From: Phoronis australis | Taxonomy: Eukaryota; Animalia; Phoronida | Direction of reading: 5' to 3' | Assembly: GCA_002633005.1 (NCBI GenBank) | Contig: NMRA01000103.1 | Location: forward strand, 465,612-529,611 | Length of the DNA stretch: 64,000 nt | Part shown: positions 28,520-42,330 of the stretch, one piece after another | Position numbering within the stretch: the stretch's first letter is position 1 | Layout of the letters: each line of letters begins with the position of its first letter | The notes under the pieces: model-generated | The model's input: only the letters and a program-made list of their open reading frames with translations | Database searches by the model: none | What the model was told of the DNA's origin: nothing | Position numbers and translations under genes: made by a program

Positions 28520-28972
28520 GTGCCGTTTGCACTTACAGAGTTGACACGGATCAGCTGACACCGAACGAGTTGTTCCAGTGTTTAAACGGACTGACATGGA
28601 GCAAATTGACACCGCGGTGCCAAATTTTTGCCACCCATTTGTGAGGTAGAGCAATTTGCGCCTTAATACCCTGCTACGTGTCAATTATATGACTTGTCTA
28701 AACGCGAAACTGGAGCAAGGTGGAAAGGATCATCTCTACTACGCTTGCCTAATGACCTACATACAGGTTCATTGTCTCTGCAACTCTTGTCATTTGTAAA
28801 CCTGCGCATGTGCGATCCAGTCTCTCCAGCCTGCAGTTTATTTCCGTCATGCCACGGTTAGTGAGTTGTGTGTGTAAACGGCCGCTTGACATGGGTCAAT
28901 TTGCTCCGTGTCAGTTGCGCCTGCTCCGTGTCAGTTGCGCCGGGCCAAAAGTTGATGTCTAAATGGGACTTA
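28520..28972 (+). mobile_element. Harbinger-like MITE family D, copy 1
   Basis: GTTGACACGGATCAGCTGACAC...CTAAACGCGAAACTGG...GGATCATCTCTA...TGTCTAAA(C/T)GGGACT is shared with 32515-33240 and 40386-41024. Confidence 0.75.
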
Positions 28973-29114
28973 TGTGGAACAGTCTTGATTAAAGAATCGT
29001 TTGGAGCAACCCTTTGTTTGGGATCTGTAGGTGCATGGACCTCAGTGCACGCATACACTGTACTTGATGTAGTCCTGCGGCAAGTATTCTCCTTGTTCAG
29101 GGTTGCTTCCGTTG

Positions 29115-29437
29115 TCTTGACCCACAGTTGATTTTTGTTCAACAGATTGCTTGTCTGGGCCCACAGTTGCTCTTGTTCCAACAGTTATCTAATGTTCAGC
29201 AGATATGCTTGTGTGGGCCCCTCAATTAATTTTGTTCAACAGAAATCCTTGTCTGGGCCCACAGTTGATCTTGTTCGACAGATATGTTTGTGTCTGAACC
29301 CACAGTTGATCTTGTTCGACAGATGTGTTTGTCTGGGCCCACAATTGATCTTGTTCAACAAATACCCTTTGCTGGGCCTGCAGTTGATCTTGGTCATATG
29401 CTTGTCTGGGCCCACAGTTGATCTTGTTCAACAGATC
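29115..29437. repeat. ~40-bp minisatellite, about 8 degenerate copies
   Basis: Unit close to CTTGTCTGGGCCCACAGTTGATCTTGTTCAACAGATATG. It explains the repetitive ORFs on both strands here. Confidence 0.92.
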
Positions 29438-31094
29438 TGCTCATTAGGGAAAGTCTTCCCATAACCTGAAGTTCACTTGATGTAACATCATTTTAATGAG
29501 GCCATTTAACTGGCACAGTGTTTACTTGGTCTAATGGGCTTATACTCTTCTCTTAATTGGAGCTGTTTTGCTGCCCCTGGTGGAATCAAGTGACACTGGA
29601 AGGGGCCAAATTGGCTTCATTTGAAACTGGCGTTATTGCTTTAAACACTATTGTTGATAATAAATTATTTTGCTGTGATGACCAGCAGGTGGGAAAGACT
29701 AGTAAAATTCTCATATATTTTCACTGATGGCCCAGGTTCCTGTGCCTTAGGCACTAAAATGACCGTGTGACTACAAAGTTGCTCATCATACTTATAGTAA
29801 CTGATGTTGGGTTTTGAAAGTCAGAGAATTCAAAGCTGTTTTAAAAGCTAATCCCGTTTTCATGTTTTAAGGTAATTTATAATATGAATCATCAACTTAA
29901 TGTTTTGTTAATTGAGTTACACTTTCAACCGTGCATATGACTTTGCTTCTTTTTACCAGTAACTCTTCCCGCCATTTTCTTAACTAGCATAAATTGGAAA
30001 TAAAACAGTGTCCCCTTCAGAAAGAATGAACGATTCCAGAGCAATGTGATTGTTAAATGCGATCATTGAATGAGTTGTACCCGAAATCGGTCTCGCACAA
30101 CGCATTTGATTCAAATTACAATAAGTGAAATCCTGTTGTTGAATTATGCGAGTTCCTAACAAACCCTGGAATTCCGTTTTACTCTGATTCCGTGAATTCA
30201 GTTGTTTCCCACTCAGGGTCTCTTAGTGAACTGTATTTTCTTGGTTAAAGCCCATGGTTGTCATAATGAACACCCCCAAATTTCACAATTTTCACATTTA
30301 AGCACCCCATACTCTGAGTTTAGTGCCTCCAGTTTGAATGCTTAAGACTTCTAGACTTCTAGTACGTGGTGAACTTGCTTGCTTTTGGGTCAGATGCATA
30401 GTCAGTTTCTGCTCAGATATTGTTTAGTCTGTCAGATTTCGGAGTAGCCATATTTGAGCTAGAAAAGAACCACTTCTTACTGAAAGAGATATGATATGAT
30501 GTTCGTGTGAAAAATAGTGAAGGCATCTCCATGGAGTAGAACCGCATCACTCTCATTAGGTAGTTTACCCACAATGCAACTGATGTGTCAAGCACCTGTC
30601 CATCTTCTCTGTGCAAATGTACTTGTCTCTATCTAGTATCTTAGTTGTTAACTAGTTCATAATTGTAATACAGGCAAACTGGTAACATTGTGTTAGGAGA
30701 TGTAGTGCTGGCACAGAGAAATTAACTAAAAAGGCAAATATGGGTAATTGGTGTGTAATGTATTGTTCTTCCCTTGTTACCAACCGATGAGTGTCTTAGA
30801 ATCATGCGATGCATTTTTCTACCTTTGCGAAAAGGCTGTAGATGAAAAAACAAATTGCTAAGGGAGAATGAATCATGACAGCTTGCAACTGAGAAGAGAT
30901 GGTTGTAGTAAAAATTCTCAAGTTTGGGATAGCCTCTAAAATTTGGGACTCTAAAATTCAAACTGAATTTTGAGTTTTCTTGATTGTAGAGGTTGGGACA
31001 TGGGTGATTCTGGCGTTCAAAGTATTTTGCTAATTATGTTGTTTTGTGTCAACAGAGTCTCAAAGTAAACTTGGCTATTCGTAAAATTGTTAAA

Positions 31095-31224
31095 TATTGG
31101 TGCCGATACATTGTAATGCATACCCATACTACCAACATGACGGTGAATGATTCTTTTTCTATTGGCGCCGATACATTGTAATGCATACCCATACTGCCAA
31201 CATGAAGGTGAATGATTCTTTTTC
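31095..31224. repeat. 65-bp tandem duplication
   Basis: TATTGG(T/C)GCCGATACATTGTAATGCATACCCATACT...GAATGATTCTTTTTC occurs twice. Confidence 0.9.
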
Positions 31225-32514
31225 GTAAATCATTATTCTTGAATTTTCGACAGCCAGTATTACTGTTTCTAAAATTTGGTACAAGATCCAGCATGACCAA
31301 AATAATTAAATTTTTCCTATACCAAATTGGAAAAATTTTACCGTAACGCGCTCACAAGCAAAATGGTAACATTGTTTAACTGAATTTATTGTTTAAGAAT
31401 TTGAGATCACTCCATTGTGACACCTTGTTGAATATATTTATTTGATTGGCTAAAACTAATCATATCTTATATTGTTTCAAGATCACACTCAATGTCATAA
31501 TTTTGATCGATGCAAATTTTGCGTGTTTCAACTGTCTGTTGTTTCCTTCCTTCAAAGCAAGAAGAAGGGTAGAATGTACTGTTCAATTTATAGACATCTG
31601 TTTTATTTCAATGCATCTGATCAAAGTCGTTAGGAAGGGTAATTAAAGAACTTTAAATCGATTAATTCCTCGTCAATCATAGATTAGCTCTCTGAATGGG
31701 GAATCAAAAATGCCTGGTTTATATAACGAGAGTAGCCATTTCAACCCGGTGGAGTTGGTTGAGGTAGATGTTGAATCTTGCTGTAACAGGAGATTGGAAA
31801 TGTAATTGTTCCTGTTAATAGCAATTGCCGTCTTTAACACAATGCTTTAAGCCATTTGTAGCACCATGACATCTTAGAAAACCGTGTTTTGTGCATTTGT
31901 TATGCTTAATACAGGCTTTATTATGGGTGGAATGGAGAGCATTGATTGCGTTTATGGGTTGATTCGCCCTCAGATTCACCCAATAAAAGACTGTTTACAA
32001 TTGTCGCCATTTTCGATTGTGGACTGTACTCTTATTATTGTACATTGTGTTTTTCGTGATAAAAATTTAAAAAAGGAACAAGTAAAGTTAAAAGGTTTGT
32101 AAACCCACCTGCCAATACTGGTATGGAACTGGTCTCAAAGTTTTCCTCCTTCTCCGGAAGTAGGAAGTGATTTCAGGAGATCGGAAGAACTGATAATTTG
32201 GTGCTGGAGGAGTTCAGTCTCTACAAGTTGGCTTGTTGTGCAGTGTCATTTTATGCTCACATCAAACGAGGAACAAAAAGCTGGCTTCTTAGACCAAATG
32301 TGCCTAAACTGTATGTGTGTNACTGATAATTTGGTGCTGGAGGAGTTCAGTCTCTACAAGTTGGCTTGTTGTGCAGTGTCATTTTATGCTCACATCAAAC
32401 GAGGAACAAAAAGCTGGCTTCTTAGACCAAATGGGCCTAAACTGTATATGTGTGGGGGGTTGGTGGGTGTGGGTGGGGGGGTGTGGTGTGTGTTTGTGTG
32501 TGTGTCTTTTTAAG

Positions 32515-33240
32515 TTGGGGTTTACACTACAAAAGCTGATACGGATCAGCTGACACAGAACAAGATGATGAGCACAAGTATGTGTGTAAACAGGACTGAC
32601 ATGGAACAAGTTGACACAATACGGTGACAACATTTGTCACTCGTTAGTGAGGTAGAGCATCTTGCAGCCAATCGTCTTGCTTCGTGTCAACTATATGTCT
32701 AAACGCGAAACTGGGGCAAAGCGGAAGGGATCATCTCTATTGCGCTAGGGAAAAAACGCTCTCATATACAGGTGATTATAGTCACACAATTTTTACGAGT
32801 TGCCAGTCAGCTGTTCAGTGCCTTGTCTTCTGACTTCAACCCTTACCACCGTTTATTTTGTCAGGAAAATGTCAAAATATTACACACAGTTAACGGTCAA
32901 GACTGGGTTCTGTTCAAATGCTTGGTTTTTGTACAGTACGTCTATTGATGAAAGCCTTAATCAGCTGATCAAGAAAAATCATTGAAACAAAACTTAATGT
33001 CACGAATTATGTACACTTGGGGAATTAGAAGCACCGTAACAATAACAACAAGAACAACAACATCGAACTGTGACTCCCGCAACTGGCATCTTTGAACATG
33101 AGCACTCCGCATTCCTGCCTACAACTTCCACCTATTGCTACCGTTTCTGAGTTGTGTGTGTAAACGACCACTTGTGTTTGTAAACGACCACTTGACAGGG
33201 GTCTTGTGCCATGTCAAAAGTTACTGTCTAAGCAGGACTT
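32515..33240 (+). mobile_element. MITE family D, copy 2 (longer form)
   Basis: Collinear with 40386-41024 over ~600 bp and with the ends of 28520-28972. Confidence 0.8.
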
Positions 33241-36200
33241 AAGGTGCCAGATTGTTAACATTAAATATGGTTTCATTTAACCATCGGCCATAATAAGTTG
33301 TTTTTGAGGTTATGTTGGACCGTCGAAAAATGCCTTGTTTGGTAAACTTGGGAACATCACATTTCAGGAGTGGCTGATGGGATACATATGAAAGTTTTAG
33401 TTGCCATGCATTACGTACTGTTCTGTATTGTTTTTAAAGTGTTCCACTTTTGCGTACGGGGCATTCAAAAATGGGACTTGTATGATTTTTATGAGAAAAC
33501 AAAACAATCACATCAAAGGAAAACGAAATTATAATTTAAAAAACAGTTGCAGAGTTCTTGAGCTTTCATCTTGAACATTTCTATCGAACAAAATTTGGTC
33601 GTGTTTTTGATGTTTTTTGTTTTGATATAAATGTAGATTTCTTTTTTAATAAATTTTACTAAATAGGCTTGGTCACGTGACCCAATTAATAGTAGATTAG
33701 TATAAAGTCAAAAATGAAATTCTGCACGCTTTTACATAAAAGAGAATGTAGTTTTACTGAGTTAAAATCTATTTTTTTGCTGATATTTGGCTGAATATAC
33801 CGACAAGTCGATAAAATCCTGCACGGCCTTAGTGCTGTCGAAAAATTTAGATAAATAAGAGATCATTCATCTCTGAAAGCTATTATCGAGCCGATAGGTT
33901 GGCCGTTTTCTTTGTCGTTAAACTGTACACTAGAATAATGCCTTGTTACGGTTATTCTTCATCTTTTTAGCATGCGATATGGTAGCAATGTGAAATTCCG
34001 GTTCCCAAAGAAAAGTGAAGAAAAAGAGACTAGTCTACTTGGCTTGTAGTTTGTCATAATAAAACACGTTTATAGTATTGTAGAGAATTACATTTTCGGC
34101 AATTACTTTGTGAAAATAAGCGAAGAATGATATAGGCTCATAATTATTATTACTAATATTATTATTACTAGAATAGTACCATAGATGCTCGAACCAAATC
34201 CAACGGTCACAATCAATTGTACATCCACTTACAGTTTGCCGATATTCTTTTGAATGCTGGGGTTCAGTTGGGTTTCCACTTAATTTATACATGTCAAAGT
34301 TATGTGATTGTGTGAATCCTGATTTAGGAATTATTTTGTGTGTGAAGTGGGCAAAAAGGTCCGCCTCAGAGAAACAAAAGCTCCGAAAAAAGTAGAAAGC
34401 AAGACAAAAGACCACTAAAAAAGCAGGAACTACCAAAATTCTGTGGATGCATAATTCATAGCTCTGAACGTACCCTGTGAATCTTAGTAAAAGGTCCACA
34501 TTCTCAAAAATTCAAGCTCCCCCCGTCCCATTTTTAGGCTAGGATGTATTTCTGTTCGTTGAGGTCATAACACACACACACATGCATATCCCCAAACGCA
34601 CTCAAGGACACACTTACACAAAGCATATCTATATTCTAATGCCATTTGAAATTATGTTAAAATAACAATAGCGCTAATTAGTTTACTCCCTGTAATGATC
34701 ATGCAAGCCCTACAAATCTCTTCCAATCTACTCCATGCCAGCAAATATAATGGCGATTTGACAAACGTTAGATTCATTAGATATCTCATCTGCTGGCTGA
34801 TTTGTTTGTTAATGCTTTTATATTTTGCTCGGCGTAGGTTTCCGTGCTCGGTTAGTCAGTGCCATTAACGAGGCCCCATTAAAAGATGTTAATTGAGGTC
34901 TTAAGTTTCCGTGTAAATGTTAATAAGCACAGAGTAATGGGAAGTAGATGGGTACCGTCAGCTGTGACAACTATTAGGCGAGTTATTTTCTAAAATTATT
35001 AGCAGAAGCTTATGAAACTTGATGTACAATCATCAATAGGTTGGAAGTAGAGGACATTAATGAGACTCCCCACGTCTTTGTGGGTCTGTCGTCATTAGGC
35101 CAAGTTATAATTAGGTATCAGATCTGATTGCATTGTGGTCAACAAACCAGTGTTTACGTTGGACTCATTGCTGCAAGTGAAGCTTTCGGAAGGCCAGATT
35201 TGGAGAGGTAATTATTTCTTCATGTATGAAGTACCAATTACCGGGTAACTACATGGCGCTTGGGTCAGAGCAGAGGAGTGACGTTTTACTGCCATGCCAA
35301 ATTTTGCGTCACCGGTATATTTAGCTTCGGAAGTTGGCCTTCATTGGCTGTTTGGATCCGCCTTCTGTGTGATTACATATTGAGCAGGTCTTGGGTACAG
35401 AATGCTTTTAAATGTCTGTACTACTGAGGTTTATCAGCAGCTACCTGCTATGGTATCAATTTCGTTTTATTTTAGAGTGAAGGGATGAAGATGGGTTGGA
35501 TTGTGCCAAAAATATCAAGTAAAATGAAGCATAGGTCTCTTATGGTAATGTTGGTGACAGTTGCAGTTGATTAATAGTGGGGAATCTGATCTCTGGATTT
35601 GGGATGACATTTGTCAGGTAGATACTCTCAAAGTAATTTAATGGGCTTATTTCCTGGGACTTATTAGTGAGGGGAATTATTTGTTCCCTGTGATCAATAT
35701 GTTCTCTGTAATTACAGAAACCGATAAGCAGGATGTTGTTTGCTCAGATGAGTGGAAGTTGTTTGCAATGCAACTTAAAATGAGTGGTACTAGTTCTTTT
35801 TAGAGGGCCGTGTAGTATAACCTGGCCTTGTAATGTTCCGTTCTTACACATTATTTAAGTCGTTAGTGAAGACTTGGCCGTCATTCATTAAAGCTGCATT
35901 TCATTCCATTTGAAGGTGGCTAAAATACAAAACCGAATTAGACCTTTTACGCTCGTTAATTGGTCTCCTAATATTAGTTTTCCACTTCTGTTACAAACTA
36001 GAACATTGAAACCATCAAGAAGTTTATTGGGGTTGAAAACAGTAGAACTACAAATTTGAATACTATGCATGTACCCATTGCCTGTGACTTGAGTTCATAA
36101 CGTAAATACAATCCTATCGTGGCCAGGAATTTAAGAGACCAATTTTCTGAGACTAACAGGCCAACTTCAATTTCATTTTTAGCCAGCTAAACGGTGCGGA

Positions 36201-37015
36201 ATGCAGCTTTTGATAGGTGTGTGGGGAAAACAACGGGTTTTTCAGTAAATTTAGATGATGTAAGGTTTATTTTAAACACTAGATCATGAAAAGAAGGTTT
36301 CTATTCACCATGCGTGTCGGTGTATTTTCACTACGTACTGGTCCAGTGATAAGGTTAAATGTCACAAATTTTGGACACAGAATGGCGACAAGCGAAAAAT
36401 TAATTTTTTCTATTGATTGGCAAAAGATAAGTAGGACAAAATAGAGACCTTGCCGCTCTTGACAGAAGCTGGGCATTCAGAATAATTTCATGAGTCTTAG
36501 AAAAATGACAAAATTCCAATTTTGGAAATTATTGTTGTCTGAAGTTGACGAGATTTTACCATAGGGTACTTCTGAATTGCTGCCTGTGTTTGAGGGGGAG
36601 GGTACTCCCGGCCCAGGAGAGGTTTATGGGTAATGGGACGTGTCTCTCAGCTAAATAACTTTTTCAATACAGGTCATTTTGCCTGTGAAAGGCCGCCTTT
36701 TCTAAGAAAACTCTGTGGAAGGGCGACTTTTCCGATTAGATTTGATTGAAGGGTTTGCTTTGGGAGTTGGGAACTCTGCAAAAGGTTTTGTTTTCAACTC
36801 GAGTCTTTTTAAATTTGGGATGCAACTGTACTAGTTTTTGAGAGACGTCATCTTGTAGGTTTTAAGTTTAATAGGTTAAAAATATGTCTGTCCAAGACGC
36901 CTTACGAGCGGATGTTGTGTTTCTTGAACAATACCTAACGGGTGTCTTTGTCCTGATGGCTGCCTACAATTGGGTCCCTTTTTTGAGTCTGCTGTCTAAA
37001 TAGGTGGGTTTTTAA

Positions 37016-38315
37016 ACGCGTAGGCAACCTTTTTTCATGCCACTTTTAGCAAAAATAAGGTTCGTTGATTATCCCAGACACATTTTTCACTTAATTATAG
37101 CTTTTCGTAATTTGATTAATTTCTCGTCCTCTACTCCGGAAGTGACGTTTTGGGAGGCAAGAGTTTCGCGCTAATTTCTTTTCGTTATAGTCTGACTGTG
37201 AGAGCTGTCGAGTCAGTCATTGTTCTACCTCGTTTGTGATAAGTTCAGTCGTCGTTTGCTTTTGTTTACAAGTCAGTCAACATGCCACGCTGTTGCTGCG
37301 TGCCGGGATGTACTCATTATCGTCTCACACGTTCTTTGGGTACCTTACGTCGCTTATCGAAGGATGACACACTTCGCCGTACTTGGCTAGCTCGTTCATG
37401 TGAAGAACCCGTCCACGCAACGTACAAAGCAATGGAGGGTTACCAAGTGTGTGACAAGCATTTTCTGCCATCAGATTATGACAGATATGTACGCTGAATT
37501 GATGAAGGTCTCTTCGAAACAACGCCTGAAGAAGGGTACCGTACTGTCGCTGTTGATTCCCGGCAGTGCCCCGTCGCCAACCCCGAGAAGTGCGTTTTTG
37601 AAGCGTGAAGCCTCGCGAGCTGTGGCCACTATATACAGTGACTGGAGGCACTTCATCTACTGTTATCCTTGCCTCCGAACGTACCCCATTGCGTGCAATT
37701 CCGGGAACTAGCAGTGATTCGCCCTGTGCTGTTGTCTCTACCCCAGAGCCTGTAAGCAGCCCTGCAGTGATGTTGAGTAGTGGGCCTAGTTAGAAACCCA
37801 GTGAAGAGGACAGTTCGTCATCCAATGAACAGATGTGAGCCTAAGTTTGATAAGTTTATGGTGGACTTGTACTGGAGCTATTTGGAAGGTGCCAGGTGTG
37901 TGGCACGGGAGTCACACGGCGGGATGTAAGCAGTTTGGGTGCTCAGATCACCCTCCAGTGGGAGTGTGTCGCGGGACACTCAGGCAAGTAGGACAGTTCT
38001 TCCTCTGTACGTGAGACGATAATGAGTACACCCCAGTACGCAGCAACAGCGTGGCATGTTGACTGACTCGTAAGCAAAAGCAAACGACGACCGAACTTCC
38101 GAGGTAGAACAATGACGGACTCGACTGCTGTCACAGTCAGACTATATGAAAAGAAATTGGCGCGAAATTCTTGCCTCCCAAAACGTCACTTCCTGAGTAG
38201 ACGACGAGTAATTAACTAAATTACGAAAAGCAGTAAATAAGTGAAAAAAATGTCTGGGATAATCAACGAACCTTATTTTTGCTAAAAATGACATGTAAAA
38301 AGGTTGCCTCCGCCT
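37016..38315 (+). mobile_element. THAP-bearing TTAA (Kolobok-like) DNA transposon derivative with ~310-bp inverted repeats
   Basis: TTAA at 37012-37015 and 38316-38319. Termini A(C/G)GCG(T/G)AGGCAACC...GGTTGCCTCCGCCT. Inverted repeat 37016-37328 versus 38011-38315. Contains a THAP ORF but no recognisable DDE domain. Confidence 0.88.
37282..37555 (+). pseudogene. Frameshifted THAP zinc-finger domain (transposase N-terminus remnant)
   Basis: MPRCCCVPGC...TW...VCDKHFLPSDYDR, then after a frameshift DMYAELMKVSSKQRLKKGTVLSL. Shows the C2CH ligands, conserved W and an AVPTIF-like box. Confidence 0.85.
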
Positions 38316-40385
38316 TTAATATTCCTGCNCCCCCCCCCCCCCCGTGAACCCACTCATTGTCTATGTTCATCTCTTAATCACATGCTTGCTCATGTACCAT
38401 TAATCCATCAAGATCTATTTGCAAAATTAAACTTCCCTGTGCTGCCATATTTGTTCTGAGAAATTCCCCTAATGTTAATCATAATTATAAAATTTCATTA
38501 ATTTGATGGTCCCTGATGCTGAAGCAGATATGGAGAGAAAATTACTCTCATTAGTAAAATAGGACCCCGGGTGGTCTTCAACGCTGATAATTTTCTTTTC
38601 ATTGAACACATTAGGTTGATCAGCATCAACCGTAAATGCACGGGTTAACACCCATCCTCTCATTCTTTGCTTTAAGCCCTCAATACTGCTTGTGATTTAC
38701 AGTCGCTTGCATCTGCAATATAAATGTTGATGCAATGTTGTCTATAGTCAGGGGGGACAGTTTCCCCTGTTTTGGGTGTCTACCCATTAGGATATTGTCA
38801 GGGAATTTGAGCAGCTGTTTGTATCACTCACTGGTAGACTGAGGTTGAATAGATCCAACTGCTGCTGCCACCTAGTGTCAGTTTAATTATTTTTCATGCC
38901 TGTGTCCATTACTTGACTTTGACCTAAGTACTTGGTGTGTATTCTTGAAAACTGAGGAATAAGTTCCTATCCAATAAATAGCAGTCACTAGTTTTAGGTA
39001 GATTTGATTAGCGAAGCCTCCTGTGATGTTGTATTGAGAACATGGTTTTTCATTTTCAAAAACAAATGGTCTGCACACTGTACAGTGTAGACCTACTTTG
39101 TCATCTTGCAATCCTACTTAACGGAGTCTCATAATTCTTACCCTAAATTTCTAAAGGTCCCTTTTTGACAAATTAAGTCTTGTCGTAGAGGTGTGTCCAC
39201 ATAAACGGCAATAGCATGATCTTTCTTTTAAGTATTGATATGTAACATCGTCAACAGGGAGCGCTAGGTTCTGCAAAGTTATTGCAAAGTAGTGTTGTAA
39301 CAAAGTCAAGAATTTTGAAATGAAAATGAAAAATATCCAGTAAAGTATTAAATTCGTAAGCGGAATAATTTTACTGACACAGTACGGTGAAATCAAACCA
39401 ATTTCGGACCAGAATGATTGTCAGAAATTGACCTTATTTCATGTTTCAAAGGTCCATAACATTGTGAATACTCACATTTTCTCAAAACACTGTCTAATGC
39501 CTGTTACGAGATACAGGTGAAGACTGGTAAAGCCTTTTACTCGGTCCTACTGCTCTTTTGTAAAAAACAAAATTGTAATACCATATTGTGTCTTAAATCG
39601 TTGACTGATTGTACTATACGTGCCAATTGGATAGATAGGTTTGATAACGCTATTGAAGCCTTAACCATCCTGTATTAAATCTTGTGTTTGCTGTAAATCA
39701 TACTGGGGATTTTAATTTTAAGAGGGAATCTTGAATTTGCCATCTATCAATGCTCCCCTGGTATGTGCTGGTGTGACTGGGCCTGAAGACCACAGCTTCT
39801 TGGCTACTTACCTAAGATAACGAGATGTTTATCTCATTTTATGACTTCGCTTGGATCTCAGTTAGAACCTTTAAGGCTTGTCCCGCTGGCTTCGAAACTT
39901 TGGCGCTGGCAAAGTTTCAGTCAATGGGAACACTCAACTTCGGTCTTTGATCAAACTTAACAGTGTGAGTTTACTCTGGAGTGAAGTGGTGGATTTAACA
40001 GCGAATTGCCACTCTTCTCTGTATTGGGAACTCTTAACTTCAATGTTACCGAAGTTATCGGTAGGGGTCTCTGTGTTTGCTAACAGTGGGTGGTGACTGG
40101 TTTACATTTTTTAATATTTTGGTCTAATATTCATTATTTTGGTAGTACAAGCATTCTGTTTCAATTTACATAAAACCAATTCACTGAACGTCTAACTGCC
40201 AAATTGCTCAGAACAACTCGTTCCCAACCACCTTGCGATAACTCCACTAAATTACTTGCCTGAATAACTCCGAAGCTGATGGAAACAGTAACGCTTAACT
40301 TTGCGGTGAACCACTGTTAACATCGGAGCTTCCATAGCAGAGTAAAACGTGTGGGAAAGGGCCTTTTACTGTCTGTTGGGAATTG

Positions 40386-41024
40386 TGCCATTTACAGTAC
40401 ACAAGTTGACACGCTCAGCTGACACGGATCGAACGTAAGAATGTGTGTAAACAGGACTGATACGTAGCAAATTGACACCCATTGTGAGGAGGAGCAACTT
40501 GTGCCCGATCTTCTTACTCCGTGCCTAAATGTATAAACATCAAATTAGGGCAAGGCGGAAGGTATCATCTCTATTGCGCTTGCACAAAAAACGCACCCGT
40601 ATACAGATGATCATTTTCGCGTAATTTTTACGATTTTCCAGTCAGCTTTTCAGTGCCGTGTCTTCTAACTTTAACACTTGCCACCATTTATTTTGTCAGA
40701 AAATTGTCCGAGTACACAACAGTCAAGACTGGGTTCAATTCAAATGCTTGGTTATGTACAGTAGGCCTACTGATGAAAGCGTTGATCAGCCGATCAAAAA
40801 AAATCATTGAAGCCAAACTCAATGTTACGAAGTACATACATTTATGGGAATTAGGAGACCATGACAACAATAACAATAATAATGATGAATTGTGACACCT
40901 ACAATTTGCATCGTTGAGCATGAGTACCCCACGTCCATGCCTACAACTTCTGCCTGGCCACCATTTCTGTGTTATGTGTAAGTGGAGGATTGGCTGTCAT
41001 AAGTTAATGTCTAAACAGGACTAA
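40386..41024 (+). mobile_element. MITE family D, copy 3
   Basis: Collinear with 32515-33240; ends TGTCTAAACAGGACTAA. Confidence 0.8.
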
Positions 41025-42078
41025 TGTCTTTGTTAAATGTGCACTGGTCTGTTAACTATTGCTAGCCCAAGGTGGATTGGACATTTTATCCTTGTTGACT
41101 AAATGTTTATTGAACAGTTCATTAATGTTGGCCAAATGTGTATTGCTTTTTCCTTAAGTAACTGTGTATGTTTGGATATATAAAGATATTTAAGGTAATG
41201 TTGGTCTCTGTCAGGTATCACATATACAATGTTTAGTGGGAACAAAAACAGGTCACATGTCACATAATTAGGCTTATGGTTAAAATAATGTCCTTTATCT
41301 TTGTCGTCGCTCACGTGAAATGCTTGCAGTAAAAAAGGTTATTAGGTTCTGAATAACAAGTTCAATCTGTGGCAATATACGTCCAGTGAAATTTTGATCT
41401 TAAGGTTTAAAAAGTAAAAAATGATGTGGTAATTTATTACTGATTGCAGTGTGCTATGTACAATGTGTGTTGGCTACATAGGGAGTTACCTGTGACGACA
41501 TGGTGTTGATTATATAGAGCAGCGTTCTACTGTATCCTCTGTGGATTAGGACAACCTTGCTTCCTGAATCAAAATGCATAAATTAAGTAAATGGGATAAG
41601 GTTATGAGACAGAATGACTTCAGTGAAAGAACTCTTTATTGACAATAATAATGAGGTTAACTTAACTGGTCTTGTTATTAAGTGAGGGGACTGGTCCACA
41701 CTCAAATGGGGGAGTAACAGACATCAGAGTCCAAAATAAAGCAGATGGTGGTAACAATCATGGGTAACATGAAGCTGCAGTTTAAACCTCGTACAATAGA
41801 TGGCGTGACCATCACAGGATCATTCCTGCATTGAGCCACCTCATATGTGACTGAGAAAAAACAACTGGTAGTGGTACGGCAACTTTCAAAATAAATCGAT
41901 CAATGTTGAAATTCACGCACAGAATTGAAGCAATTTTTTTTTGCTAGAATCTGCTTCAATTTTGACTGAAAGTCGATAATATCTCAGCAAATGTTGCTCC
42001 ATGCATGTTGTTGAAATCGCTACAACGTAGTGTGCTTGTTCATTCATAAATAAACTAGGTAAAATCTCTCGCCAATTT

Positions 42079-42330
42079 AAAGTGCTGTGCCACACACAGA
42101 CTTACCTGAGAACAGGTTACTCCTGGAATGACTTGTCGCTCAAGGTTTAAAGGCTGTCTGGACGCTATTTCAACTAGTGCAACTTGCCCCACTTGTGACA
42201 ACTTACTCCACCTTATTGAGGTAGGTCAACTTGCTCTAGGGTAACTTGCGCCACGGTGGAAGTATTAGTCAACTACAGTTACATGCAGACGGGTCTTTTG
42301 CGCCCCATATTCGCATCAGCTGTTCATTGT
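42079..42330 (+). mobile_element. MITE family B, copy 2 (truncated)
   Basis: Similar to 7912-8175. Confidence 0.65.

Noticed and set aside
29115-29464. CRISPR-like array or repeat-protein ORFs
   Set aside because: Head-to-tail degenerate ~40-bp units with no unique spacers, eukaryotic context and no cas genes; a minisatellite.
32190-32453. ~130-bp near-perfect direct repeat
   Set aside because: The two copies are separated by a single N (32321), so this is most likely an unmerged contig overlap or haplotype artefact.
34035-34499. 154-aa minus-strand ORF, the longest in the track
   Set aside because: No recognisable domain, AT-rich low-complexity composition and no clear exon signals.
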